A stretch of 64,000 nt of DNA from Dehalococcoidia bacterium. Lineage in GTDB: Bacteria > Chloroflexota > Dehalococcoidia > Lucifugimonadales > UBA3495. The DNA is taken from NCBI GenBank assembly GCA_965249145.1, contig OZ252223.1:2121757-2185756 (forward strand), in the 5' to 3' direction. Shown here one piece after another: positions 1-7,888 of the stretch (the first letter of the stretch is position 1; every line of letters starts with the position of its first letter). The notes under the pieces were generated by a model that had not been told where the DNA came from, did no database searches, and saw nothing but the letters and a program-made list of their open reading frames with translations. The position numbers and the translations under genes were made by a program.

Positions 1-257
1 GCAAGGTGTCGGTTATTCAGGAGGCGCTGGACGGACTGGGCCTGCAAGTGGTGGACGGCGAGATGACCTGGACCAACCTGCAATTCAACGACTGGGTGGC
101 CCGCACCAATACTCCCGAGGCCGGGATCGAGCCCCTGCGGCGGGACTTCTTGGCCGCCACCCCGGAGATAGTGGGAGCCTTCCGGATAGCCCCTCAGGAA
201 GATGGCGACGTCCACTTCTCCTGGCCTTGCTGGGTCTTCCGCGCCGTGAAAGGCTAG
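1..257 (+). CDS. C-terminal fragment of a probable SAM-dependent methyltransferase; 5' end lies outside the window
   Basis: The ORF is open to the window edge. The tail (...FLAATPEIVGAFRIAPQEDGDVHFSWPCWVFRAVKG) resembles C-termini of class I methyltransferases. Weak, by eye only. Confidence 0.3.
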   Translation, partial: KVSVIQEALDGLGLQVVDGEMTWTNLQFNDWVARTNTPEAGIEPLRRDFLAATPEIVGAFRIAPQEDGDVHFSWPCWVFRAVKG

Positions 258-343
258 ACGCGTCCGTGACACGCCCGAATTGCAAATCGTAGGAGCAATG
301 CGCGAACCGCTCCTACTCCTTCGGAAGCAAATGTAACCCTGGT

Positions 344-571
344 TTATCGGATGCTGGCTTGCCTCGTCTCCACTTCCTGGGTGGCCTCGTCGGTCATCAC
401 GTAGGAGAAAATCACAATCACGATCAGCACCCCGAACCCGACAGCCAAGACGATGCCGATGGGCTTGGCGATACGCCCGCCACGGCGCACCATCATCGCC
501 CCAACGAACACCGGCACGGAGAGCAGCAGGACGACCACAATAATGTTGAGGACATCGCCCAAGAGCTCCAT
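344..571 (-). CDS. small integral membrane protein, function unknown
   Basis: 75-aa ORF with two long hydrophobic segments (IIVVVLLLSVPVFVGAMM; IGIVLAVGFGVLIVIVIF). It abuts the tenA stop codon. Confidence 0.4.
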   Translation of the reverse strand: MELLGDVLNIIVVVLLLSVPVFVGAMMVRRGGRIAKPIGIVLAVGFGVLIVIVIFSYVMTDEATQEVETRQASIR

Positions 572-1240
572 CTATACCTGCCACGCCTCCAGGTTGTAGG
601 CCATCTCCCAGAACTGGTATTCCAGCCGAAGACTGGTGACGTAGGCCGCCTCCATCGCTGCCTGCTCCGCCGGGGGAGCGGCGTCGCCGAGGCGGCTGGC
701 CAAGTCACGCAGGTAGAGCGCCAGGTCGCGGAACTCGTCGGAGGCGTACATGCCGACCCACTGGGCGTAGAGCGGCGCTTGGCTGGGCGCTCCCTGGCGG
801 GCCAGGTGCTCGCCGATTTCCCAATAACCCCAGCCGCAGGGAGTCAGACAGGCAACCAGCTCTCCGAAGCTGCCTTGGGTGGCGGTCTTTAGCAAATAGC
901 TGGTGTAGGCGACGGTGGTGGGCGCGGCGGGCGTGGCTTCCAGTTCCTCCTTGGTGATACCGAATTCGGCGCAATAGCCGAGATGCAGCGCCATTTCGAT
1001 GTTGAGGGTCGAGTCCAACAGACCGGCGAACCAAGACATGACATCCAGCTCCGGGGCCCGCACCACCGCCATAGCGAGAGCACGGCTGTAGTCGATCAGG
1101 TAGACATAGTCTTGAGCCACGTAATACTTGAACTTTTCCGTCGGCAGGTCCCCTCGCCCGACTCCGGTTACGAACGGGTGAGCCAGTATCGCCTGCCGCA
1201 GCGGCAACGTCCGGGCTTCGACGTCGTCAATAAACCCCAA
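572..1240 (-). CDS. tenA: TenA-family aminopyrimidine aminohydrolase (thiaminase II)
   Basis: 222 aa with typical TenA layout: HPFV..G.G.L....F.YY..QDY.YL, CLTPCGWGY active-site Cys region, and C-terminal EY.FW. TTG start. Confidence 0.8.
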   Translation of the reverse strand: MGFIDDVEARTLPLRQAILAHPFVTGVGRGDLPTEKFKYYVAQDYVYLIDYSRALAMAVVRAPELDVMSWFAGLLDSTLNIEMALHLGYCAEFGITKEELEATPAAPTTVAYTSYLLKTATQGSFGELVACLTPCGWGYWEIGEHLARQGAPSQAPLYAQWVGMYASDEFRDLALYLRDLASRLGDAAPPAEQAAMEAAYVTSLRLEYQFWEMAYNLEAWQV

Positions 1241-1267
1241 GGCTATCCTCTCGAAACGAGACTGCCC

Positions 1268-1298
1268 AGAAAAAGAAAAGGCCCCATAACAGGGGCCT
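1268..1298 (-). terminator. rho-independent terminator after the 1320-1667 gene
   Basis: On the minus strand, a GGCCCC-TGTTAT-GGGGCC hairpin (1280-1297) is followed by TTTTCTTTTT. Confidence 0.6.
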
Positions 1299-1319
1299 AA
1301 ATCTGGTGGTTGCTACGGG

Positions 1320-1667
1320 CTAGCCAATGATCGCAAGGGCAATGAACCCCGCGATCATCGTGGCCCATATGCCGCCCAACAATACGTACACGTTATTGAA
1401 CCGGCTGTTGGTCTCGGCGCGGAGAGCGTGGACCTCCCCTCGCAACTCCGTGTTGGCCCGGTTCATATCATCACGCAGACCGCTGACAGACTGGTTCATG
1501 TCGTCCCGCAGACCGCTGATCGACCGGTTCACGTCGTCGCGCAGACCGTTGATCGACCGGTTCATGTCGTCGCGCAGACCGTTGATCGACCGGTTCATGT
1601 CGTCCATACGCTGACCGGTCTGTTCGTATGCGCCTTCTAGCCTGCTTACCCGTTCCAACATTGCCAA
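1320..1667 (-). CDS. tail-anchored coiled-coil protein with 11-residue repeats
   Basis: 115 aa. Five tandem copies of (D)DMNRSINGLRD are followed by a C-terminal TM helix (VYVLLGGIWATMIAGFIALAIIG). Confidence 0.6.
   Translation of the reverse strand: MAMLERVSRLEGAYEQTGQRMDDMNRSINGLRDDMNRSINGLRDDVNRSISGLRDDMNQSVSGLRDDMNRANTELRGEVHALRAETNSRFNNVYVLLGGIWATMIAGFIALAIIG
1445..1609. repeat. 33-bp tandem repeat, about 5 units, in-frame and coding
   Basis: Units gaccg(c/t)tgatcgaccggttca(t/c)gtcgtc(g/c)cgca at 1478, 1511, 1544 and 1577, plus a degenerate unit upstream. Confidence 0.85.
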
Positions 1668-1764
1668 CGCACACTCCCCAAGCTAGCCTAGAGTATAGTA
1701 CCAGCAAGGCCCGGTTACCATCTATGGGCTCCTGTCAGTAGCGCTATGTGAGGCGGAGCCCGTG

Positions 1765-1792
1765 TTGCAGGAACGGTCCGGTAACGTATAAT
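1765..1792 (+). promoter_or_regulatory. sigma70-like promoter upstream of rplI-dnaB
   Basis: TTGCAG (1765-1770), a 16-nt spacer, then TATAAT (1787-1792), about 35 nt before the rplI start. Confidence 0.45.
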
Positions 1793-1827
1793 GTTTCACT
1801 AAACGTATTGCCCGAGATGTGACCACC

Positions 1828-2277
1828 ATGGAAGTTGTTTTCACCCAGGACGTTCCCAACAAGGCGCGGGCCGGCGAAGTCCGGCGGGTGCCGGACGGCT
1901 ATGCGCGAAACTACCTGCTCCCCAAGGGACTGGCCGAGATGGCCACACCCGAGGTGATGAAGCGCCTCCACAAGATCAAGACCGTGGGCGACGAGGTGCG
2001 CGCCCGCGAGACCCAGGTCTTGGAAGAACTCAAGGAAGTGCTTGATGGTACCCAAGTTTCCGTCCAAGCCCGGGTCACTCCCACCGGACGGTACTACGGG
2101 GCAATCACCAGCACCCACATCGCTATGGAACTAGGTGAAGTGATTGGACGCGAGGTGGAGCGCCGATGGGTCGAGATTGCCGAGCCCATCAGGGAGCCTG
2201 GGGAGTACGAGATCACCCTGCGGCTGTCCACCGACATTACGGCAACGATCAACGTAAACGCAGCGGTAGAAGGGTAG
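1828..2277 (+). CDS. rplI: 50S ribosomal protein L9
   Basis: MEVVFTQDV...GEVRRVPDGYARNYLLPKGLA is the canonical L9 N-terminus. About 149 aa, directly upstream of dnaB as in many bacteria. ATG at 1828 is preferred over the upstream GTG at 1819. Confidence 0.9.
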   Translation: MEVVFTQDVPNKARAGEVRRVPDGYARNYLLPKGLAEMATPEVMKRLHKIKTVGDEVRARETQVLEELKEVLDGTQVSVQARVTPTGRYYGAITSTHIAMELGEVIGREVERRWVEIAEPIREPGEYEITLRLSTDITATINVNAAVEG

Positions 2278-2415
2278 GGCGCTTCGAGAAGCGCCCTACC
2301 ACCACCGGCGCGCGGGTAGCAAGAACGAGTCACGCCGCGGGCGAAATACGCGTCACGGGCACGGAGGGTGTGCCCCTGTCTGGGAGAGGGAAGATGGGAG
2401 TGAGCGGATAAGACG

Positions 2416-3780
2416 ATGTACGCGGAAAAGCTATTGCCTCACGATCTGGAGGCGGAGGAAGCGGTTGTTGGGTCGGTGCTGATCGATGGGGAGTGTTTTT
2501 CCCGGGTCGCTCCTCTGCTTCAACCCAGAGACTTCTACCGCGAGCGGAACCAAATCTGCTATGCGGCCGCCATGTCCTTGTTCCAGCGGGACGAAGCCAT
2601 AGACCAGCTGACGTTGGCTGGCGAGTTGGGCCGCCAAGGCCAATTGGAATCGATCGGCGGCATGGCCTACCTGAGCCACCTGGTGTCCATCACCCCCACT
2701 TCGGCCCACTCCGAAGACTACGCCAAGGCGGTCTCCCGCACCTCCACGATGCGCAAGCTCATCGACGCCGCCTCGCGCATCTCGGCCATGGGCTACCAGG
2801 ACACCGAAGACGTCGATGCCACCCTCCGGCAGGCGGAAGACGTGTTGTTCCAGGTGCACGGCTCCGGGGCAGAGCGGGGATTCATGCCGCTGCGCCACAT
2901 CTACGACCAATACCTACAGGACCGAGCCGCCATCGTCGAGCCCTTCGGTGTCACCGGCGGCCCGGTGATGTCTGGATTCACCGATCTAGACGAGTTGCTC
3001 GGCGGTATCCAGCGCTCCGACATGGTAATCCTGGGTGCACGGCCGGCGCTGGGAAAGAGCACGCTGGCGCTGAACGTCTGCCTGAATGCGGCCAAGAACG
3101 GCTCTATCTCCGGCGTGTTCAGCCTGGAAATGAGTCGCGAGCAGCTGGCCCTGCGCATTTTGGCTTCCGAGGCTGGGATTGATTCCCACCGGCTTCGTCT
3201 CGGGTTGCTGACCAACGCTGAAGAGCAGCGGGTCATCGACTCCATCGGTCAGCTCTCCGATTTGCCGGTGTTTATCGACGATACGCCCTATCAAGGGCTC
3301 GTCGAAATGCGGAGCAAGGCCCGCCGCCTATCTTTGGAGCACGGTCTGGACCTGCTGGTAGTCGACTACCTGCAGCTGGTGCAGGGCCGGGGCAGGGGCG
3401 GCGACAACCGGGTGCAGGAGATCAGCGAAATTTCCCGCTCGCTCAAAGGGCTGGCCCGCGACCTGAATATCGGCCTGATCACCTGTTCGCAACTGAGCCG
3501 GTTGGTGGAGAACCGACCAGGGCACCGCCCCCAGCTTTCCGACCTGCGAGACAGCGGCAGCATCGAGCAGGATGCCGACGTAGTGATGTTCATCCACCGG
3601 GAAGACGTCTACACCACCGAGGACGAGTGGGAACGCCAGAACCCGGGCCGGCCCTACCCGAGAAACGTGGCCGACATCATCGTCGCCAAGCACCGCAACG
3701 GTCCCACCGGCAGTCTGCAACTCTACTTCCGCGACAACCTGGTTAGGTTTGATTCATTTTCCCGGGTGGACGAGTTCTAG
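2416..3780 (+). CDS. dnaB: replicative DNA helicase DnaB
   Basis: 454 aa. N-terminal PHDLEAEEAVVGSVLID, Walker A GARPALGKST, Walker B LLVVDYLQL, and SQLSR / IEQDADVV motifs. Confidence 0.95.
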   Translation: MYAEKLLPHDLEAEEAVVGSVLIDGECFSRVAPLLQPRDFYRERNQICYAAAMSLFQRDEAIDQLTLAGELGRQGQLESIGGMAYLSHLVSITPTSAHSEDYAKAVSRTSTMRKLIDAASRISAMGYQDTEDVDATLRQAEDVLFQVHGSGAERGFMPLRHIYDQYLQDRAAIVEPFGVTGGPVMSGFTDLDELLGGIQRSDMVILGARPALGKSTLALNVCLNAAKNGSISGVFSLEMSREQLALRILASEAGIDSHRLRLGLLTNAEEQRVIDSIGQLSDLPVFIDDTPYQGLVEMRSKARRLSLEHGLDLLVVDYLQLVQGRGRGGDNRVQEISEISRSLKGLARDLNIGLITCSQLSRLVENRPGHRPQLSDLRDSGSIEQDADVVMFIHREDVYTTEDEWERQNPGRPYPRNVADIIVAKHRNGPTGSLQLYFRDNLVRFDSFSRVDEF

Positions 3781-3781
3781 C

Positions 3782-4534
3782 ATGGCCGCTGGATTCACCC
3801 GCGAAACTCTCTACACCCCGGTCCCCAACTCGTTGCTGGGCGAGACGCTGGAGCAGGTCCAGGACCTGGCCGAGTTGAAGGTGACGCTGCGGGGGCTGTG
3901 GCTGCTGCACCGCAAGCAGGGCCCGTTTCGGGCGTTGTCGCTCGAGGAGTTCCTGAGCGACCAATCGCTGTTGAACGGACTGGAACAACCCGGCAAGGAC
4001 GGCGCGGAAGAGGCCAAGCGGGGCCTGCGCTTGGCGGTCCGGCGAGGGACGTTTCTCAGCCACGAGACAGACACGGGCATGGTGCTGTTCTTCTTCAACA
4101 ACGAGGCGGGCCGACGGTCTTTGGCGAGGCAGGTGGAATCGTCTGAGGAGCTGTTCCCAGAAGTTGGTTTAGACAGCAGGCCCAGGGGACCGGCGCCAAA
4201 GCCCAACATCTTCGCGCTCTATGAGGATAACATTGGCACGCTTTCGCCGATGCTGGCGGAACAGCTCAAAGAAGCGGAGGACCGTTACCCTTGGGCTTGG
4301 GTGCGGGAAGCGTTCCAAATCGCGGTAATGGAAAACAAGCGGAGCTGGCGATACATAGCGGGCATACTCAGACGTTGGGGCTCTGAGGGTAAGGACGGGC
4401 GGTCAGTCGAGGGGAAAGAGCATGGAAAGTCTGGGCGACATCCTGCGCAGAATCAGCGACAGAAGCACATTGAGGAGTATGAGCGGCGATGGGGCCGCAC
4501 CCCCAGAGGGAAGGCCGCCCGAAGAGGCTCCTGA
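3782..4534 (+). CDS. DnaD/DnaB_2-domain replication protein
   Basis: C-terminal NIFALYEDNIGTLSPMLAEQLKEAEDRYPWAWVREAFQIAVMENKRSWRYIAGILRRW matches the DnaD-domain signature. ATG at 3782 is preferred over the TTG at 3749. The 3' end overlaps the next gene by 113 nt. Confidence 0.65.
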   Translation: MAAGFTRETLYTPVPNSLLGETLEQVQDLAELKVTLRGLWLLHRKQGPFRALSLEEFLSDQSLLNGLEQPGKDGAEEAKRGLRLAVRRGTFLSHETDTGMVLFFFNNEAGRRSLARQVESSEELFPEVGLDSRPRGPAPKPNIFALYEDNIGTLSPMLAEQLKEAEDRYPWAWVREAFQIAVMENKRSWRYIAGILRRWGSEGKDGRSVEGKEHGKSGRHPAQNQRQKHIEEYERRWGRTPRGKAARRGS

Positions 4535-5810
4535 GGTCGAACTCTGCCGCCATTGCAACGGCAGCGGGTGGGTGACTCGCCGGGTCCATGTCGGCCATCC
4601 CGAATTCGGACAGGCCGTGCCCTGCCGTTGCCAGCAGGTACAGGACATCGCCTCTCGGGTTGCCGCCCTGCGCCGCTATAGCAACCTGGGCGCGCTCTCC
4701 CGCATATCCTTCGCCGATACCCGCCCCGAAGGGACGCCGGACGATACCGCGGCCCGTCGCTTGTTCGCCGACGCCTTCCCCAAAGCCAGGGCTTTCGCGG
4801 AAGACCCGGAGGGCTGGCTGGTGCTATCTGGCCCTACTGGCAGCGGCAAGACCCACCTGGCGGCGGCCATCGCCAACCGGTGCATCGAGCGCAGGCATAC
4901 CACCTTCTTTATCGCGGTCTCCGACCTACTGGACCACTTGCGGGCCACCTACTCGCCTGACAGTCCGACCACCTACGATGAGCTCTTCGAGCAGGTGCGC
5001 AACGTGCCGCTCTTGGTGTTGGACGACCTCGGAGTGCATAGCGCGACGCCTTGGGCCCAAGAAAAGCTCTTCCAAGTGATCAATCATCGCTACAATCACT
5101 CCCTGCCTACCGTCGTCACCGTCCGCGGGCCCTTGTCGCGCTTGGACGAGGCGGTCCGCACCCGGTTGGAGAACGAAGAGCGCTCCAAGGTCCTCATGTT
5201 GGGGCAATTCAGCAACCGCTTCGCCCAAGGCATTGGCGAAGTGCGTTCCGAAATGCTGGAGCGCATGACTTTCGACAACTTCGACCCCACCGGTGGCGCC
5301 AACGCCACTCGTAGGGACCGAGAGTCCTTGGTCAATGCCCTCTGGGCCGCTAGGACCTTCGCCGACGGTCCCGACGGATGGCTGCTCTTTACGGGCCCGC
5401 GTGGTTCGGGCAAGACCCATCTTGCCGTTGCCATCGCCGGCGAGTGCCTGAAGCAGGGGCGGCAGGTGTTCTTCGCCTTCGTGCCCACGCTGCTCGACCA
5501 CCTGCGGGCTACCTTCAGCCCCGACTCGTCCATTGGGTTCGACGAACTGTTCGAACAGCTGAATACCGTGCCGCTGTTGGTGTTGGACGACCTCGGCTCC
5601 GAGAGCAGCACCCCTTGGGCCGAGGAGAAGCTGTACCAAATCGTGGTGCATCGCCACGAAGGGCGACTGCCCACGGTCATAACCACGGCTTCATCCATCG
5701 ACCAATTGGAGGAATCGAAGCCCCGTATTTCCTCCCGGCTGGTTGACAGCAAAGTGGTGGACTGGGAGGGGATCACCGCCCCCAACTACCGCGATCAACG
5801 CCGGGTCTAA
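4422..5810 (+). CDS. helicase-loader-like protein with an N-terminal Cys4 ribbon and two tandem DnaC/IstB-type AAA+ modules
   Basis: CRHCNGSGW...CRC zinc ribbon. Two Walker A motifs (GPTGSGKTHLAAAIAN and GPRGSGKTHLAVAIAG), two Walker B motifs (LLVLDDLG twice), and a repeated LLDHLRAT(Y/F)SPDS...DELFEQ block. Confidence 0.8.
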   Translation: MESLGDILRRISDRSTLRSMSGDGAAPPEGRPPEEAPEVELCRHCNGSGWVTRRVHVGHPEFGQAVPCRCQQVQDIASRVAALRRYSNLGALSRISFADTRPEGTPDDTAARRLFADAFPKARAFAEDPEGWLVLSGPTGSGKTHLAAAIANRCIERRHTTFFIAVSDLLDHLRATYSPDSPTTYDELFEQVRNVPLLVLDDLGVHSATPWAQEKLFQVINHRYNHSLPTVVTVRGPLSRLDEAVRTRLENEERSKVLMLGQFSNRFAQGIGEVRSEMLERMTFDNFDPTGGANATRRDRESLVNALWAARTFADGPDGWLLFTGPRGSGKTHLAVAIAGECLKQGRQVFFAFVPTLLDHLRATFSPDSSIGFDELFEQLNTVPLLVLDDLGSESSTPWAEEKLYQIVVHRHEGRLPTVITTASSIDQLEESKPRISSRLVDSKVVDWEGITAPNYRDQRRV

Positions 5811-6658
5811 ACCAGCATCTGCCAGACTGCGCCCGTGAGCATCGCCGCTCCAACCGCCAGCAGGAAATACCCGTAGTTGAGCAGGGCGGCCAGCTTGAGC
5901 AGCAGACGGATCGCGGCCAGCCCGGTCAGGAATGCCACCAGCAGAGCCAGCAGCGCCTCCCGTGAGGCGGCCACTTCGGTCGTGACGGCGACGTACACCG
6001 CGGCGGCAACGCTCACCGGCACGCTCATCAGGAAGCTGAGGGTCAAAGCGTCGCGTCCGCTGAAAGAACGCCCCAACAGCAGGGCCAGGGTAACCCCGGA
6101 GCGGCTGATCCCAGGCACCACTGACAAGCCTTGGCAGAGCCCAGCCAGAACCCCGTCCAGCCGGTCAGCAGAGTCGTTGCTCCGGGTCCCGGCGGGTGGC
6201 CGGAGCAAGTGTGCAGCGGAGGTCAGTAGCATCGCCGCTCCGACGAAGGCCATCATCGTCGCGCCAGTAATGTCGGGAGTCTCGGTGATCACGAGCAGCA
6301 GGGGGATGCCGATCGCGCCGCTAACCACCGTGGACAGGAGTAGAAAGGCTGGCAACGGTGCTGGGCGCAGTGGGTTGGCCATCACGCCTCTGACCACTGC
6401 GGCAATCTCGGCCCGGAGCGCCAGCAGGGCGGCGGGAGCCGTTCCCAAGTGGAGCCAGAGCGCGAAATGTACGCCATCGCCGAGACCGCTTCCGTAAGCC
6501 AGGCTGTAGGCCGCCGCCACCGCTCCTTCGGAGCTGATGGGCAGCCACTCGAACACCCCTTGCAGGAAACCTAGGAAGACCGCGCCCGCCCAGTCGACCC
6601 CGTTGATGCTCCCGCCTCCCAGCTTCAAGTTGCGCCGATGCGACTCGTGCCCCATCAT
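5807..6658 (-). CDS. uppP: undecaprenyl-diphosphate phosphatase (BacA/UppP family)
   Basis: Polytopic membrane protein carrying QGVFEWLPISSEG and PGISRSG signature motifs. Confidence 0.7.
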   Translation of the reverse strand: MMGHESHRRNLKLGGGSINGVDWAGAVFLGFLQGVFEWLPISSEGAVAAAYSLAYGSGLGDGVHFALWLHLGTAPAALLALRAEIAAVVRGVMANPLRPAPLPAFLLLSTVVSGAIGIPLLLVITETPDITGATMMAFVGAAMLLTSAAHLLRPPAGTRSNDSADRLDGVLAGLCQGLSVVPGISRSGVTLALLLGRSFSGRDALTLSFLMSVPVSVAAAVYVAVTTEVAASREALLALLVAFLTGLAAIRLLLKLAALLNYGYFLLAVGAAMLTGAVWQMLV

Positions 6659-6690
6659 GGTAGCAGAGGCTGATTTTTCTGGAGGTCGGC

Positions 6691-7068
6691 GTGGCCCGAG
6701 TCAACCTGGTGACGGAGCAGGAAGCCACCGGCAAGGTCAAGGAGATATACGAGGACATCAAGGCTACGATGGGCTGGAGCTTCGTGCCGGAGACCTTCCA
6801 ACTCGTGGCCCACAACCCCGAGCACTTGGAGGCGTATTGGGGCCATTACCGGCGGACGATGGGTCCGGGGTTATTGGACCAGAGGACCAAGAAGCTGATC
6901 GCCTACGTCGTTTCCGCGATGAACAACTGCGGCGTTTGAGTGCGCTTCCATCTGGATGCCGTGAAGCATCTGGGGGTGGACGACGCGACTCTGGCCGAGG
7001 CGGTGGCAGTGATGACCGAGGTGGCCAAGGGCAACCTGATCATGCACTCAACCGGCGCGCGGCATTAG
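6691..7068 (+). CDS. AhpD/carboxymuconolactone-decarboxylase-family protein with in-frame TGA (candidate selenocysteine, CGVU motif)
   Basis: The ORF stops at TGA 6937-6939, exactly where the second Cys of the family N-x-C-x-x-C-x-x-x-H motif is expected (AMNNCGV-TGA-VRFH). The same frame stays open for 42 more codons to TAG 7066-7068. Total length of 125 aa is typical for the domain. Confidence 0.5.
6952..6973 (+). promoter_or_regulatory. candidate bacterial SECIS hairpin
   Basis: CUGGAUGC-CGUGAA-GCAUCUGG (8 bp including 2 G-U pairs) begins 13 nt after the UGA. The apical loop contains GU. Confidence 0.25.
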
Positions 7069-7397
7069 TCCTGCAGGATGATGTAGGCGGCGGAAGTCAC
7101 CCCGCGGTCAACGTGGGTGTGGCCTCGGCCGCTGGTGTCCTCCATCAGGCGCACGTCGCCAGCGCGAAAGACTTGCTTGGAGCCGTCGCTGGCCCCGATT
7201 TCCACCTCCCCGGACAGGTGAACGATAAGCCGTCGCTCGGGCAAGGGGTGAAAGTCCATGTTACGAGGCTCGTCGAATCTCTGCACCTTCACCTCGGAGA
7301 CGTTCAACAGCGAGCCCAATTCGGGCCGGTCGTCCAGCGAGATCTCCTCGATGTGACTCTCGCCGTCCGGCCCGGCGTACACGCGGTAGATAGCCAT
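7065..7397 (-). CDS. cupin-domain protein
   Basis: 110 aa of small beta-barrel type (FHPLPERRLIVHLSGEVEI...GDVRLMEDTSGRGH). Confidence 0.55.
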   Translation of the reverse strand: MAIYRVYAGPDGESHIEEISLDDRPELGSLLNVSEVKVQRFDEPRNMDFHPLPERRLIVHLSGEVEIGASDGSKQVFRAGDVRLMEDTSGRGHTHVDRGVTSAAYIILQD

Positions 7398-7483
7398 TCT
7401 CCTTCCTCCTACGGGAGTATTCTGGCCAAAGGGCGCCGCCCGGTCAAGAACGTCCGCGCAATAGCGATAGAAGGGACGACGGA

Positions 7484-7888
7484 TTGACTTGGACGCTGCT
7501 TATTGTCGGAATGATCTCCGGAGTGATCGCCGCGGCGGTTTTCGCTTACGGAGTTATCCGCTACCTGGGAAGGCGGGAACCCTACGCCTCGTTCGTTCGG
7601 ATGGGGGCGAGGCACAAGCTAACGTTCTTAAGGCTGCTGGTGTTCGACCGGCGGCTGCCCCTTTGGGTGCGGGCCCTGCCAGTGTTGGTTGTGCTCTATA
7701 TTGTGAGCCCCATTGACCTGCTGCCGGGGGTGCCGCTGGACGACGTGGCCTTCGCGCTGTTGGCGTTGGTATTGATCATCCGTTTCACCCCCCGCGAGGT
7801 CATCGCCGAAATCATCCAGGAGGCCGGGTCATCCACTCCCGGACCCGGCAGGTCCAAGGGCTTTCGACGTTGGCATGGTCCAAACTGA
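7484..7888 (+). CDS. DUF1232 (YkvA-like) membrane protein
   Basis: LYIVSPIDLLPGVPLDDVAFALLALVLI matches the DUF1232 signature. Confidence 0.6.
   Translation: MTWTLLIVGMISGVIAAAVFAYGVIRYLGRREPYASFVRMGARHKLTFLRLLVFDRRLPLWVRALPVLVVLYIVSPIDLLPGVPLDDVAFALLALVLIIRFTPREVIAEIIQEAGSSTPGPGRSKGFRRWHGPN

Noticed and set aside
359-892. Long antisense or alternative-frame ORFs. Examples: 359-892, 4926-5657, 8732-9415, 13520-14548, 17768-18535, 23224-24045, 36112-37143, 37279-38064, 57505-58467, 58474-59763.
   Set aside because: These are typical shadow ORFs of GC-rich DNA. They overlap genes with clear family signatures on the other strand or frame, and are Arg/Pro/Gly-rich with no motifs.
1241-1319. Expected TPP (THI-box) riboswitch upstream of tenA
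   Set aside because: The upstream space is only about 80 nt. It is occupied by the terminator of the preceding gene, and no CUGAGA/ACCUGA-type THI-box elements were seen.
1445-1609. Tandem repeats here, and at 53658-53717, 62095-62166 and 63581-63618, considered as possible CRISPR arrays
   Set aside because: The units are contiguous with no unique spacers and lie inside coding sequence. No cas genes are present, and no CRISPR array was seen anywhere in the window.
6937-6939. Simple nonsense mutation (pseudogene) as the explanation for the in-frame TGA in the AhpD-like gene
   Set aside because: This is not fully rejected. It is judged less likely because the stop falls exactly on the redox Cys position, the downstream frame is intact to a normal-length end, and a hairpin follows at SECIS distance. 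It remains the null hypothesis.
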